A stretch of 64,000 nt of DNA from Octopus sinensis (lineage: Eukaryota), in assembly GCF_006345805.1 (NCBI RefSeq), contig NC_043012.1:40486001-40550000 (forward strand), written 5' to 3'. The translations under genes were made by a program, and so were the position numbers. This document shows, piece after piece, positions 24,125 to 37,705 of this stretch (positions within the stretch are counted from its first letter, which is position 1; the number at the start of each line of letters is the position of its first letter). Under the pieces are notes generated by a model, which saw only the letters and a program-made list of their open reading frames with translations, was not told the origin of the DNA and ran no database searches.

Positions 24125-24840
24125 GAGTTCGACTCCTGTGGTGCTTTAATTCTCGTATTTCGTTTTGTGTCCTGAGACCACAGTAACAGCATTGAAGGGG
24201 TGGCCGTGAAAACGAAGATAAGAGCGATGTCATCATAATCTCTAGATTGGAATGTTCCAAAAATCCAGGAGCGCGTTCTGTACGTGATATCGACTTCGTT
24301 GTTGATGTGTGCACTCCAGATTGGGTTGTTGTCCACAGCGACACCTAAATATCTGGTATGGTTTAACGCTACCTGAAGTTTTTTCAAGGGGGGAGCGCAG
24401 CTCTTTTCCACGGCGTATGAGATCAAGTTTTTCCACGTTTACAAGCATGTTTTTTTTCCCTTGGTCATTAAGTCAAAGTAGATGAAACAAATCGGAGTTG
24501 TGTCTGGTGACCGATTCTGTTCACTTTCATTGAAACTTAGAATCATCTGCAAATATTTGTCAGTTCGAGTGCTTGGCGTTGTTTGCAATGATCTTTTACA
24601 TGAATAATAATAAATGGAAGTGAGCGGAACACGGTAAACTAGTGGCGGGGGGGGGGGTCACCGGAATTCCATCAATCCCAGCATGTTAGGTTCTGTTTCT
24701 CGGAAGACATTTAATCCATTTGTTGTGCTTTCTGTAGATCGCAGTCGTGGATAGTTTTCTCAGCAATATCCTGCGCTCATCTCTGTTGAAGGCCTTGCTG
24801 AAGATATGTGACATCTGCGTTGGAACTTCCTCTCGGAGCA
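24125..24840 (-). pseudogene. decayed CR1/L2/Jockey-type LINE reverse transcriptase fragment
   Basis: Minus-strand frames give FSKAFNR...ILLRKLS...KWIK, FIIIHVKD, FADDSK, RYLGVAVDNN..WSAHIN and RPPLQCC, separated by frameshifts. Confidence 0.85.
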
Positions 24841-25002
24841 TTTAAAATGTCGCCAAAGTGACGCAGAAGCGGTGTTAGTCAGTCTCCCCCCACTCTCTGC
24901 CCCTCTCTCACTCACTATTGTGTGTGTGTCGTGTATCGTGTGTGTATGATTGTATGTAACAATGGAAGCTATAAAAAGAAAAAAAATCGAAAGTTTGAGG
25001 CA

Positions 25003-25036
<34 letters not shown>

Positions 25037-25153
25037 ATAGTTCATTTCCTGTGATAGTGACAGCTGTATGAATAAATACTGACTGGGGACAGATTCAAAG
25101 TAATGTATTCAAACATGAAATGACAACACAGCCATTGAGACTTGTATATTTAA

Positions 25154-25430
25154 TCTATAAAATTCACTGTGTGTGTGTGTGTCTCCTTTCTGCACGGCCA
25201 AAAGGCTGGATCAATCTGTACCAAATTTGGTACGAAGGTTTTTCATTACTTGGGAAAAGTTCTAGTGTGTGTCTGGGGCGGGGTCAAATTTTGGCCCTCG
25301 TCCATATGGGGGCTGTACCCTCCCCCACCCACTATCACTACCTATAAGACCCTTCCGATTAAAAAAAAATTTTTCAGCGATATAATACCAAATTTGGCAT
25401 GAAGGTTTTTCATTACTCGCAGGTTTTAGT
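25154..25430 (+). mobile_element. Helitron/HINE-like 5' fragment
   Basis: a|TCtataaaattcac(tg)n...cacggccaaaaggctggatcaatctgtaccaaatttgg; internal repeat ccaaatttgg.a.gaaggtttttcattact occurs twice. Confidence 0.55.
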
Positions 25431-26139
25431 GATTAATAAAAATAACGAATAATTCATAGCTGTAAGGAATCGAACAGCTTGGCTTTTAGAGGTTCTGAAA
25501 TTATGTCACGTACAGAAACACTCGTCGTCACGTGATAGTGGCGGCAAGGAGGAGGAGGAGGAGATGCAGATGAAGAAGACATGTACTGTAATCTGTCGCA
25601 ATATCACGGTTGATATTTCCGTTTGCTGTTGCTGCTTAACAATACACTACGTAAAGACAAAACACTTCGAATTTTGTTTGTCTTTTGATAAACGCCGCAC
25701 GTGTATGTATATTTTTATATACATCTACCAGCGAAAGACCTAATTACTTACAGGGAAATTATATATTTTGATGAGTAAACATTCATTTATTTTTCATGTG
25801 AAATTTCGCAAAAATCCCGCATACACGCCATAAATGGTCAGATGCGTCGGTAAACAAAACCATAATTTTTCAAAGAAATCGTGCAGAACCATTGAAAAGA
25901 CGTAATGCTATATAAAACTATAACCTAGTTGTGTTTTTACTAAGTCTGTGCGAAAATTAGGAGAATTATTCATAGCAACAGGAATAATAATGAGTTTAAA
26001 TATAAGCAGGAATAAGACTAATTAATTGTGTAATTTTTCCTTTTATTATGTTATGTACTATTCTGAAAATAGATCTTTTCCGGTTTCATATAATTATTGG
26101 AAATTAATTGTGCAACCAGTTTTTTGCGAGAGCAGGTTT

Positions 26140-26226
<87 letters not shown>

Positions 26227-26335
26227 AGATATTATGTGTGTGTGTATATATATGTATATATATATATAATATTGTGTGCGTGTATATATATATATATATA
26301 ATATATATGCACGTGCGCGCGAACACATACATACA

Positions 26336-26536
26336 CAGGGTGTTTATAAATAACTTCTCCACTGAAAAATTTAGAAAATAAAATGGCAGATGAGAACTCG
26401 GCAGCGTTTATTGGAAAACAGGCAAAGAAAGTTTTATTAGAAACACCAGAATATTTACGTGAACTCTTTTAGTTGCACGCAACACCCTAAGTAATAAATT
26501 ATTGTAGTTGTACAAGATAATTCATGAACGCCCTCT
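26336..26536. mobile_element. possible old mariner-type MITE
   Basis: cagggtgtttataaataa vs reverse-complemented end gagggcgttcatgaatta, about 13/18 identical. Confidence 0.35.
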
Positions 26537-26767
26537 GCGTGCGCGCGCGCGTACTTATACACACACACTCACACACACACACAATCAATTAATTGTAAAT
26601 AAGCCAGGGAAAAAAGCACTCTCTAATAGGACAAAAGTCGGTTAAATATTTATATTGTCTATCGGTATGGCATATAAGCAGGATTGAGGCCATTAGAGGC
26701 CCTAAGCACTGAAAAGGTTTTGGTGCCCTCAAGTATATGCAAATGGTCCAAAATGTAAACAAACATA

Positions 26768-27158
26768 GGCGCAGGTGTGGCTGTGTGGTAAGTAGCTTGC
26801 TTACCAACCATATGGTTCCGGGTTCAGTCCTTGGGCAAGTGTCTTCTACTATAACCCCGGGCCGACCAAAAATCTTGAGTGGATTTGGTAGACGGAAACT
26901 GAAAGAAGCCCGTCGTATATATGAGTATATATATATGTATGTGTGTGTATATGTTGTGTATCTGTGTTTGTCCCCACCCCCCAACATCGTTTGACAACCG
27001 ATGCTGGTGTGTTTTGGTCCCCGTAACTTAGCGGTTCGGCAAAAGAGACCGATAGAATAAGTACTAGGCTTACAAAGACTAAGTCCTGGGATCGATTTGA
27101 TTCGAATAAAGGCGGTGCTCCAGCATGGCCGCAGTCAAATGACTGAAACAAGTAAAAG
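26768..27158 (+). mobile_element. SINE A, near full length
   Basis: Both halves present with a short microsatellite spacer. Confidence 0.9.
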
Positions 27159-28728
27159 CATAAAAAAAATGATAAACATAATTTAAAACGTAACTGTGAA
27201 ATATTTTTTTACTTTTCAAAAGGCAACAACACTAAGAGTAAGATGCAAAATAATGTTTATTTTTGTATCCTTCCACTTTATTTAGATTTGAGAAGTTTTC
27301 TCCTCTCTTTTTGTTTTTTGTTTTAATTGCAAAACCCTCGATGATATTCTTAAAATGAATTTACATAAATGCAATGCATTTCGTCAGACGCTCTACCGAT
27401 TCTATGAGCTCGCCGCTTTTAATGGTTTCTGGTTTTGGGCACAAGACCAAGAATGGTGGGTTGTAGGGTTCAAGGATTAATTGGTACAATCAACATCAAT
27501 TCTTCACTGTAATATTATTTCATTGGCCCCCAGGAGGATAAAAGCTTAATCTTACTTCTGTAAAGAGCGCTTGATTGCAATAATGAAAAATATTTTACAT
27601 AACCACGTAACCAAATATTTGTGGGGACGGGGTTTAATCGATTAAGTTGATCTCAAGTATTTGGCTGGTACTTTATTTTATCGATCTCGGGGAAAATATA
27701 AGGTGCAGAAAGTGAATTTGGGGCTTATGTAAAAGAGATCCATAACCACTGCAGATGGTATGCTTAGAGTTCAATCGCAGAGAACTGAGAAACGCTGCAG
27801 AGCACGAAGTCCGCAGACCTGTCTGTATCCGATCCGATCCGATCCGATTATAAAACGCCCTCTAGCTGACATTGGTAATAAAATATATTTGCGTGCTTAA
27901 TTGAAGGAAATTAATATAAAAAATCTATACTCCATATCCATTGTTGGCCTTTCGCCTGGGCAACAAAAAAGTAAATTATTCCTTGTCTTGCCACATACGC
28001 GTGTGTATGTGTGTGTGTGTGTGTGTGTGCGTACGTACGACTGGATCTTCGTTTTCTTCTAATCACTTGAGAAATTTTCAATTCTCAATGGATTCTTTAC
28101 ACATTTTCCACACGCATGTAATTTCGCATTCTGATGACGAATGTCGCATTCATTTCTTTCTCCGCCACAACATATGAATGAGGAAGGAAAGGATGATGAC
28201 AAACCGGTGGTGGGAGCGTTTCAACTCTGTACGTATGTGTGTGTGTGTGTGTGTACAAGGGAAGTATGTGAATGTTTGTATGCGTGAATCAGCATTCTTT
28301 CAGTGACAAACGATGATCGATGTCACATCTCAAAATACAACCACTCGATATTGACAAGTGTATTAATTTGATTCACCATCCATATTTATATATAAAATAT
28401 TGCAATTAGCCGCCATTTTTGACGGCACGGGGCCAGCTAGTTAATGATAAACCAGATAGAAGCATTTAAAATTATATATTTTTAGCCAATGAAATGAGTC
28501 CAGTGTCCTCACAACGGAAGTCGGGACCGTTTGCTACTACGTTGCAGATCCGTTCGCCCTTATACGTACAGAAATAGTCTGCGAATACCGACCATTTTGC
28601 CTCCACATCTACAACATATTCTACGGCAAAGTAAACAACTCCAAATTTGGACTGCAAGTTGTTATGTCGTTAGAATATCTCGTCGCCAATAATGTTATGA
28701 CAACATTGGGGTGTGCACAAGTGGGATA

Positions 28729-29042
28729 TTTATTTATTTATGCACCCTTTTCAAGCCTAGCCAGGCTCATGGGCCCGCTTTCCCAGTTTCTGTGGCGTAT
28801 GTGTTCCCCCGAGCTGGACGGGCCGCCAGTCCATCGCAGCGTTACTCAAGAAACAGGAAGAGAGTGAGAGAAAGTTGGGGCGAAAGAGTACAACAGGGGT
28901 CGCCGCCACCCCCTGCTGGAGGCTCGTGGAGCTTTAGGTGTTTTCGCTCAATAAACACACACAACGCTAGGTCTGGGAATCGAAAACGCGATCCTTCGAC
29001 CACGAGTCCGCTGCCCTAACCACTGGGCCATTGCGCCCCCAT
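28729..29042 (-). mobile_element. SINE head C + tail i, complete, with (TAAA)n end and 12-bp TSD
   Basis: acaagtgggata at 28717-28728 and 29043-29054; 3' end gggtgcataaataaataaa. Confidence 0.95.
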
Positions 29043-30060
29043 ACAAGTGGGATAGGAATAGTATTATATTTGGATATGGTTATCTAGACTAACCTTTCGC
29101 AGAATTAATGTTCATACAGAACGTGCTGCGTACCACGCCAAACGTAGATTCGATATGAAACTAACCCAGTAATCCGATACGAACGATCAACGCTGTCAGC
29201 TGTCTGCTTCACACGATTTCTCTATTTCATCGAAATGAGTCAGTCCACTTTTGATTATGTGTGTGTGTGGTGGGGGTGAGGATCCTTCCACAACGCAGAA
29301 ATATCTGCCTCGGAATATATTCCTCCACAGACTGACCCAATCAATGGTAGAAAGATGCTGAGGTTTGTCTGCCATGATTTCTTTGCTCCTCGTAAACCAT
29401 TATGAAGCCTTAGTCATCTCACAGCCACATGGGTGGTGGGGTGCGAGGAGAAGGTTAGCCCCTGACTCCACCAAGCAATTATCATGTGTGTAGCTGTATG
29501 TATACTCGCGTGTATATATGTACCTGTGGTTGTATGTATGTGAGAATCTATGCGTGTGTGTATATGTATGTATCTGTCTGTGTGTCTATGTGCATATGTA
29601 CGTATGGATTGATATAAATTGCTCTTAGTTGGGAGGCGATGTTCAATACCCTCTCCAAGGTCTCTGGGTCTGATGGTCGGGCGGAAGAGAAGAAAATATC
29701 CTCAAACCGGAGACCTGACTCAAATGCTTAGAGAAGACTGGAATCCGTTAAAGATACACGACGTGACAGACTCTGGAGTCGAACCGAGCGATGGATCAAG
29801 TGTGTGTGTGCGCGTGCGTGTGCGCTTGAAAGGTATGGCTGTGTGGTAAGAAGCTTGCTTCCCAACCACATAGTTCTGGGTTCAGTACCACTATATAGCA
29901 CCTTGGGCATGTGTCTTCTACTAAGGCCTTGGGCCGACCAAAGCCTTATAAGTTCGCCTGTGTATGTTTATTAAGGCATATGTTCAAAAAGAGGAATCTG
30001 AGAACAGATCGACTAGTTTCGCTTGGTCATTGTCATTTCATCAGGAATATCTGCTCGTCC

Positions 30061-30460
30061 AAGGCGACGAGCTGGCAGAGTCGTAAGCACGCCGGGTGAA
30101 ATGCTTTGTGGTATTTCGTCAGCCGCTGCCTTCTGAGTTCAAATTCCGCCGAGGTCGACTTAGCCTTTCATCCTTTAGAGGTCGATAAATAAGTACCAGT
30201 TACGCACTGGGGTCGATGTAATCGACTTAATCCGTTTGTCTGTCCTTGTTTGTCCCCTCTGTGTTTAGCCCCTTGTGGGTAGTAAAGAAACATGTACTTC
30301 GTCTGTCTTTACGTTCTGAGTTCAAATTCCGCCGAAGTCGACTTTGCCTTTCATCCTTTCGGGGTCAATAAATTAAGTACCAGTTGCGTGTACAGGAGTC
30401 AATCTAATCGACTGGCCTCCTCCCCAAAAATTTCGGGCCTTGTGCCTAAAAGTAGAAAAG
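30061..30460 (+). mobile_element. SINE B tandem dimer (first unit tail B1, second unit tail B2)
   Basis: Junction aaagaaaca|tgtacttcgtctg at about 30292. Confidence 0.85.
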
Positions 30461-30649
30461 TGTATATAGTATTCCGACAATGACAAGTCCCCTCTCTCCT
30501 ACTTACTCCCTCCTTTCTTTCTCACGCTCTCTTTTCTCTTTCTCTCTCTCTCCTTTTTTCTCTCTCCTCTCTCGCTCTCTCCTTATCTCTCTCTGTCTTT
30601 CTCTCTCTCTCTCCTTCTCTCTCTCTCTCTCTCCGATGTACTCCAGCCA

Positions 30650-30812
30650 GTCTGTCGTAGGGTTGTCTATTTACAGCCGAGTGGAATGCAGCAAAGTGAA
30701 ATGAAGTTAAATGAAGTCTTTTCGCTGAAGAATACAATGCACCGCCCAGTGCGGGAATCGAAACTGCGGTCTTGCGGTCGCGAGCATAAAACTAATCACT
30801 AGGCCACGCACC
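30650..30812 (-). mobile_element. SINE head D + CORE-like domain, partial
   Basis: Minus strand: ggtgcgtggcctagtgatt...gtttcgattcccgc...ttcactttgctgcattccactcggctg. Confidence 0.65.
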
Positions 30813-30937
30813 TTTTTGTGTATGCACGACCGCGTAACACACACACACACAAATGTGCGTGCGAATCTATATCGGTGTATGCACACATACTTGTGTGCAT
30901 GTTGATGCAAACAGTATATATCTAAACTATATTTATA

Positions 30938-31314
30938 GTGGAGGTGCAATGGCCCAGTGGTTAGGGCAGCGGACTCGCGGTCATAGGATCGCGGTTTCGA
31001 TTCCCAGACCGGGGCATCGTGGGTGTTTATTGAGCGAAAGCATCTAAATCTCCACGAGGCTCCTGCAGAGGGTGGTGGCGAACACTGCTGTATTCTTTCA
31101 CCATAACTTTCTCTCACTCTTCCAGTTTCTGTTGTACCTCTATTTCAAAGGGGTCAGCCTTATCACACCCTGTGTCACGCCGAATCTCCCCGAGAACTAT
31201 GTTAAGGGTGCACGTGTCTGTGGGATGCTCAGCCAGTTGCACACTAATTTCACAAGCAGGCTGTTCCGTTGATCGGATCAACTGGAACCCTCGTCGTTGT
31301 AACCGACGGAGTGC
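30938..31314 (+). mobile_element. SINE head C + tail ii
   Basis: Box A TGGCCCAGTGG, box B GGTTTCGATTCC, tail ii end gtaaccgacggagtgc. Confidence 0.9.
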
Positions 31315-31333
31315 TACGATTTATTTTTAACTA

Positions 31334-31490
31334 CAGTAAAACCTCGCAGTACGAGTGCCCCAATTTAGGAGTAATTTGCTGTACGAGCCGAGACTCGTGC
31401 GAATTTTTGTCTTGAAGTACGAGCGTAAATCCGTTGGACGAGCAGACAAAACGTCCCATTTTTAAGGTGATTCCGTCAATAAAACCAGTT
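31334..31490 (+). mobile_element. single end of a Tigger/pogo-like element
   Basis: TA|CAGTaaaacctcg with repeated gtacgag; no partner TIR found. Confidence 0.5.
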
Positions 31491-31501
31491 TACTCTCTCT
31501 C

Positions 31502-31701
31502 TCTTTTTACTCTTTTACTTGTTTCAGTCATTTGACTGTGGCCTTGCTGGAGCACCGCCCTTAGTCGAGCAATTCGACACAAGGACTTATTCTTTGTAAG
31601 CTCGGAACTTATTCTATCGGTCTCTTTTGCCGAACCGCTAATGTTACGGGGACCCAAACACACCAGCATCGATGTTGGGGGAAAAAACATATACACACAC
31701 A

Positions 31702-31796
<95 letters not shown>

Positions 31797-31971
31797 CATA
31801 CATATATACGACGGGCTTCTTTCAGTTTCCGTCTACCAAATCCACTCACAAGGCTTTGGTCGGCCCGAGGCTATAGTAGAAGACACTCGCCCAAGGTGTC
31901 ACGCAGTGGGACTGAACCCAGAACCATGTGGTTGGTAAGCAAGCTACTTACCGCACAGCTACTCCTGCGCC
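31502..31971 (-). mobile_element. SINE A, full length, (TA)n spacer
   Basis: Reverse complement of the A consensus. Confidence 0.9.
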
Positions 31972-32102
31972 TATACATATTTCTTTTGCATTCTCTTTTT
32001 ATTATAATTGTCATTTTACTCGTAACTGCACCTTTTCTGTTTTAAAACCTATAAAAAATTATTTTTGAGTAGTATTGTGGGACTGGAACGGATTAATTAT
32101 AT

Positions 32103-33098
32103 TGTTACGAAACCTGCCGTCGCTCAAACTCGAACCCGGGACTCCACCAAGTCAAGCGACGACGATTGACCGGCCCAGTCGAACGGGGGATTCGCCACAC
32201 AGAGAGAAAACGGTGGCGGAGGGGGGACGGCAGCGAACTCGAACCGGCGACCGGAGAAAACAACAACAACAACAGGAGGAAGAGATAGAGAGACGGCGGA
32301 AGGCGATAACTTACATTTAAGAACAGTTTATTACAATTATTACGACATCAAATACAATATGAAACATAGCAGATACATTAAAGAAAATAACATGCAACAG
32401 AATTAACAAGAAAACAACAAAATCGAAAACAATCAAAACAAACAATGTTCACGATACACCAAGTCCGGAGACAAACAGTTCAATGTTCTACATTAAAGTC
32501 TTTCTCTTTCTTTTCTGCCTCTTCAACAACTCTTTTCACAATGTTTCACAATGTTCACAATCTCATTTCTTTTCTTCCTCTTTTCCTTCTTTCTTGTTTC
32601 TGACACATCAATTCTTCTTTAGTTCAACAATTCTTTTTTTTCTCTTCATCACAGATTACAATTTACGTCACAATTCTTTCTTTTACATTTCACATCAAAA
32701 AATAAACAAAACTTTACCGTTACATTTTCTAGTTACAATAGCCGTGCCTTTCCGCCGTAATCTCTCTCTTTCGCTCTCAATCCTCTGTGTATGTCTTTCT
32801 CAACCTCTCGCTTGTCATCCTCTCCCATTCACAGTCTCCGGCAGACTGCTAAACTGCCCTGTTGCCAAACTGACCACGATGCCAACTCACTCTGTTGCCG
32901 ACTGATCACGATGCCAACTGCTCGCCGCATTTTAAAGGGTGGTTTCTTAAACTTTCCCTGACCGGAAAGGGTCAAAGGTCTGTTCCAAACACATTAATTT
33001 CTCCAGAAACTGACAGGACAAAAGGCTTGAGCCTTCTGCTTGGCGCCAACTGCCAAAACCAGGCCACAAGCACACTTTCTCCGAATGACCTCGTATCA
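32103..33098 (-). mobile_element. solo LTR, 996 bp, 4-bp TSD (consistent with gypsy-type)
   Basis: TGttacga...tcgtatCA (7/8 inverted) flanked by ATAT on both sides; minus-strand TATA-like tttaaaat at ~32930 and AATAAA at ~32325. Confidence 0.85.
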
Positions 33099-34353
33099 AT
33101 ATTTTAGTTAATTTCAATGAGGAAAATTGATTTGTAAAACGAAAAAATCATAAGTAGAGCTCGGTCATGTAACGAATTTGAACTTGTACCTCGAGGTATC
33201 ACAGTATATATTTTACTGTCACTATAAAAAATGCGTTATAGTTTATTATAGAGCCCGGTACTGGCTTATAAAAACGTTTCATATACTTTATAGAATATTA
33301 TGGGTGCATGACGAAATACCAAGTGCCTACAAGTCTTTAGTACTATAAAAAATGTTTATACAGAAACCACTGGAGCTTTTGCAACCAACGCATCGGTGTG
33401 TGTATGTACGTGTATGATGATTATGTGTATGAATGAGCATATGTGTGTAATGCTGTGTATGTATGAGCACACACACATACGGAGAATGTGTGAGAGACCG
33501 TCCTAGTAGTTTCATATACATTTAATGCTCATCAGGGATTGCTTATCTCCCTTCTCGATTGCCGACGTTAAATAAGACGCCATCTTTATTATGAATAACA
33601 TAAACAAACCGAAACCAATTTGAAGATATTTATTTGATAAAATAACACTGACGGCTTGGAGTTAATAAGAGATTTTACCAGAAACATCGCTCTTATTAAT
33701 GAATGTGTGTGTGTGTGTGGTGTGTGTGTGTGTGTGTGTGTGGATGGATATGTGTGTGGATGTGTGTGTGTGGATGGATGTGCGTGTGTGTTTGTGGATG
33801 TGTGTGCGTGCGTGGATGTATGTGTGTGCGTGGATGTGTGTGGATGTGGATGTGTGTGTGCGCGTGTGTGTGTATGGATGTGTGTGTGTAGATGTGTGTG
33901 TGTGTGTGTGTAGATGTGTGCGTGTGTGTTCCTGTGTGTGCGCGCTTATCTAACATAATTTCATTACACACATTTATTCCTCATCGCGCTATTATTTTTA
34001 GTAGGTCAACAGATCGTTAAGAGAGCCCCCAGGTTGGCAAGTGTTTTATATATAAGACAGCAATTATAAATGATTCGCGAGTAAATCGTTCATCGCGGAA
34101 TGAATCGACCGCATTAGTTTACGCCTTCGCGTGGATCAGACAAGATTTGGAGATAAGAACGTTTTGAAGGCAGTTTTAAGCAAGTAAGTAAAAAGCTCAC
34201 AACACGGACGAAGCGATTCCCACGAAAAGAATCTAATCAACTGAATGAACCGTCGGAAGCTAAAATAACTTGTAAACTATATTGAAGAGAGAGAGAGAGA
34301 GAGAAGCAGAGCGCAGTTCTTATCTGTTCTCCTTATTATTATAGTGTTATTGA

Positions 34354-34396
<43 letters not shown>

Positions 34397-34595
34397 GATA
34401 GTATTATTATTGATAGTATTATTTTGTTGCCTTCTTGGATTTCGTTTGATTTCCGAAGTGAAACTATCGGAATTAACTCTTTTCATCCTGTTTCTTAAAT
34501 AGTCATTTCCGCATACACGCGCGTGCGCATACACTCACAGACACACACACACACACACACACCACACACACACACGCATATATATATACGTATAA

Positions 34596-34629
<34 letters not shown>

Positions 34630-34640
<11 letters not shown>

Positions 34641-34890
34641 CATACATGTATGTACACACATGTACACACATGCATGCACACACATATGTACATGCATACA
34701 TACACATACATGCATTCACACACACACATACATACATGCTTACATACACACACACTCAAACATATATATACATACATGCATGTACACACATGTACACACA
34801 TGCATGCACACACATATGTACATGCATACATACGCATACATGCATTCACACACACACATACATACATGCTTACATACACACACACTCAAA
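34630..34890. repeat. 130-bp tandem duplication inside a compound CA/TA microsatellite
   Basis: tgtacacacatgtacacacatgcatgcacacacatatg at 34651 and 34781. Confidence 0.85.
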
Positions 34891-34918
34891 CATATATATA
34901 CATACATACACACATGTA

Positions 34919-36215
34919 TTGGGTCATCCCATAAATAATGCGGTTTTTTATACTTTTCTTTTTCAAAATTGAGATAAACAAAGTCCCTTTTAAATCTAAA
35001 ATTTACTCTCCTTCATTTTCTGCAATGCTCTTCCATCTTTCTCGTAGACTGCAAGGTCCCTCTTCTAAAATTCACTTGTCCCTGACAACAAATACTCCCT
35101 CCAGTACTGTTCAGACCTCGTCTACAGAATTCATAAGTTTCCCGTCCAAATGAGTTTGAAGACTGCGGAATGAATGATAATCAGATGGGGCAATGTCCGG
35201 TGAAATATATATATATGGTGGATGGGGCATCGTTTCCCATTCAAGCTGCTCCAGCCTTTGGAATGTAATCCTTGCTGTATGTGGCCGAACATTATCCTGA
35301 TGGAAGAACACCTTTCGTTTTGAAACCAAAGATGGTCGTTTTCCTTCTGGCGCTGACTTAAGCCACTCAAGCTGCTCGTAGTAGATTTCCTTTGTTATCG
35401 TTTGGTTGGGGTTTAAAAGTTCAAAGTAGACTAAACCTTTCATATCCCACCAAACAAATAACAACACCTTACGTGAATGAAAGCCTTCTTTAGCCTGGGG
35501 TGCCGGTGTTTCTCCTTTCTCTACCCACTGTCTTCGGAGCTTCACATTTTTATAGAGAACCCATTTCTTGTCACCAGTCACTATTCACCACCCCCCTCTC
35601 CAAAAAATCATTCGTGAGACGTGATTGCAAAGAAGAGCGCACATCCACTGTCTGTGCGCGATTAGACTCGGAAAGTTTGTGAGGAACCCATTGACCCAAT
35701 TTGCTGACTTTTCCAATGGTATGGAGGTAACAATGAACGGTTGAATGACCAAATCCAAGCTTCTCTGTTAGATCCTCCAATAAGATGGGACTTTGTTCCA
35801 CCAGGGTTTGCAGGACGTCCACGTCAACCTCTAAAGATCTTCCAGGATGAGACTCGTCTTGTAGGCTGTAGTTTGCAGCTCAGAATTTCTGGAACCACCG
35901 TTGACACTGGCCTACGCTTATTGTCCGATCCCCACAAACTGCATCAATATTCCTTACACTTTCCGTTGGTGTGTAGCCTTTATTAAACTCATAAAGCAAA
36001 ATATGCCGAATATGCTCCTCTGTCACTTCCATTACAGCTTTGAAAAAATAGCTGTTAAAATCGAACTGCACTCTTCAAAATTTGCACTAAGAATAAGGAA
36101 AAGGTAAAATTACTACCTACTTTTATAGCAAGTTGATGCAGGGAGTTTATCCCGTCCCCCTCCGACTTTTAGTTCATGCAATTGAAAAAACTGCATTATT
36201 CATAGGTTGACACAT
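34919..36215 (-). mobile_element. full-length decayed mariner transposon (D,D34D type)
   Basis: TIR ttgggtcatcccataaataatgcgg with a diverged partner at ~36187-36215. Transposase in three frames: MEVTEEHIRHILLYEFNKG, WVPHKL, TGDKKW, HQDNVRPH, SPDIAPSDYH. Confidence 0.95.
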
Positions 36216-36473
36216 ATATACATACATGAACACAAACACATATGTACATACATGCACACATACACACACATGCATACACACATACTTACATACTCACACA
36301 TACATACGTTCACACACACACACACATAAAATGTGTGTGTATACGTATGTGGTGGCGGTGGTGTGTCAGTTTACTTTGATAAATGAGGGTCGCTTCGTGT
36401 GTAGTTTTGTATTCTCCAGGTTCCACAGATATTTAATGAGGGTGAGAAATGGAATCACTTCTCAGAGAAAGAG

Positions 36474-36504
<31 letters not shown>

Positions 36505-36616
36505 TCTCTCTCCGTGTAAATTCCAACAGTGCATTATCTAAATATATCTGAAAAACTATCTTTGTAGGAATACAATTGATTATCTTTAAAAGGAAACACA
36601 AAAGAACACACACACA

Positions 36617-37312
36617 CACCACACACACACACACACACACGTTTGTGTCTTTGTGCTTTTACGGGATTGGTAGTTCTTGTTTGGGAGACTGGTCTGCTAT
36701 TGTCAGTCAATAATAATGATGATAATAACAATAACAACAATAATAATAATAACAATAACAACAATAATAATAATAATAATAATAATAACAATAATAATAA
36801 TAATAATAATACTGCGACCTCTGTTGATTTCAAATGGTGATGATACAATGACGAAGATATTGATAAAACAATGACTGTTGGGAACTTCCGAAGACTTCAG
36901 ATCTGTGGGATTGGTTTAAGAAAACTAAAAAAAAAAAATCTATAAATATAATCCCAAAAGAAGGTAAAATCTCTAGAGCGTCGGATACAATACGTTTCTT
37001 TTCGTTCTGAGGTCAAAACGCGCAGAAGTCGAGTTTAACTTTCATCCTTCAAGACTGGATGAAATAAAGTACCGGTTATATTCTAAAATCGAAAAAATCG
37101 ACTTCATCAAAATGTGTGTGACTTGATGACCTTCTGAGAAATTATTATCTCTATCTTAGAAGAATTTCGTGGAGAGAGAGAAATGGTGAAAGCAACAACT
37201 CTTTACGGAACTTGGTTTCGCTCTTCTACTTTTAAGTCTAGATTTTAAAGTGGTTAATATTCCAATTTTTACCATTCGAGGTGGTGTGGCAGTGTAAGCG
37301 TGCATGTGTGTG

Positions 37313-37375
<63 letters not shown>

Positions 37376-37383
37376 TATATATG

Positions 37384-37415
<32 letters not shown>

Positions 37416-37656
37416 CATGCATGTGGATTATTTTTATTAAAATTGAATCTAAGACTGGTGACTCGAGTTTCACGCCACAGCGATCTTCAAGCGAAATGAT
37501 GGTTTTTTTTTTTGCCTGATGATCACAATGGCGTGAGACTCAAGTCGCGAGAACAGCTTCGGTTTGAATAAGATACATATCCTCTACAACATCTACTGAG
37601 CACTCCTTTGTCATTCGTTCGACATCAAACAACACATACACACACACATACACGCA

Positions 37657-37705
<49 letters not shown>

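Noticed and set aside
29270-29470. Minus-strand IDWVSLWRNIF peptide resembling an L1/Tx1 ORF2 C-terminal region
   Set aside because: Too short and degenerate to call.
30938-31020. tRNA-like sequences (heads A-D)
   Set aside because: They have A/B boxes but no complete cloverleaf and continue into SINE bodies; these are SINE heads, not tRNA genes.
33495-33550. Minus-strand CTGATGA-gcattaaatgtatat-GAAA-ctactaggacg-GTC hammerhead-like string
   Set aside because: Stem I cannot pair and stem II is not closed next to GAAA; at best a relic.
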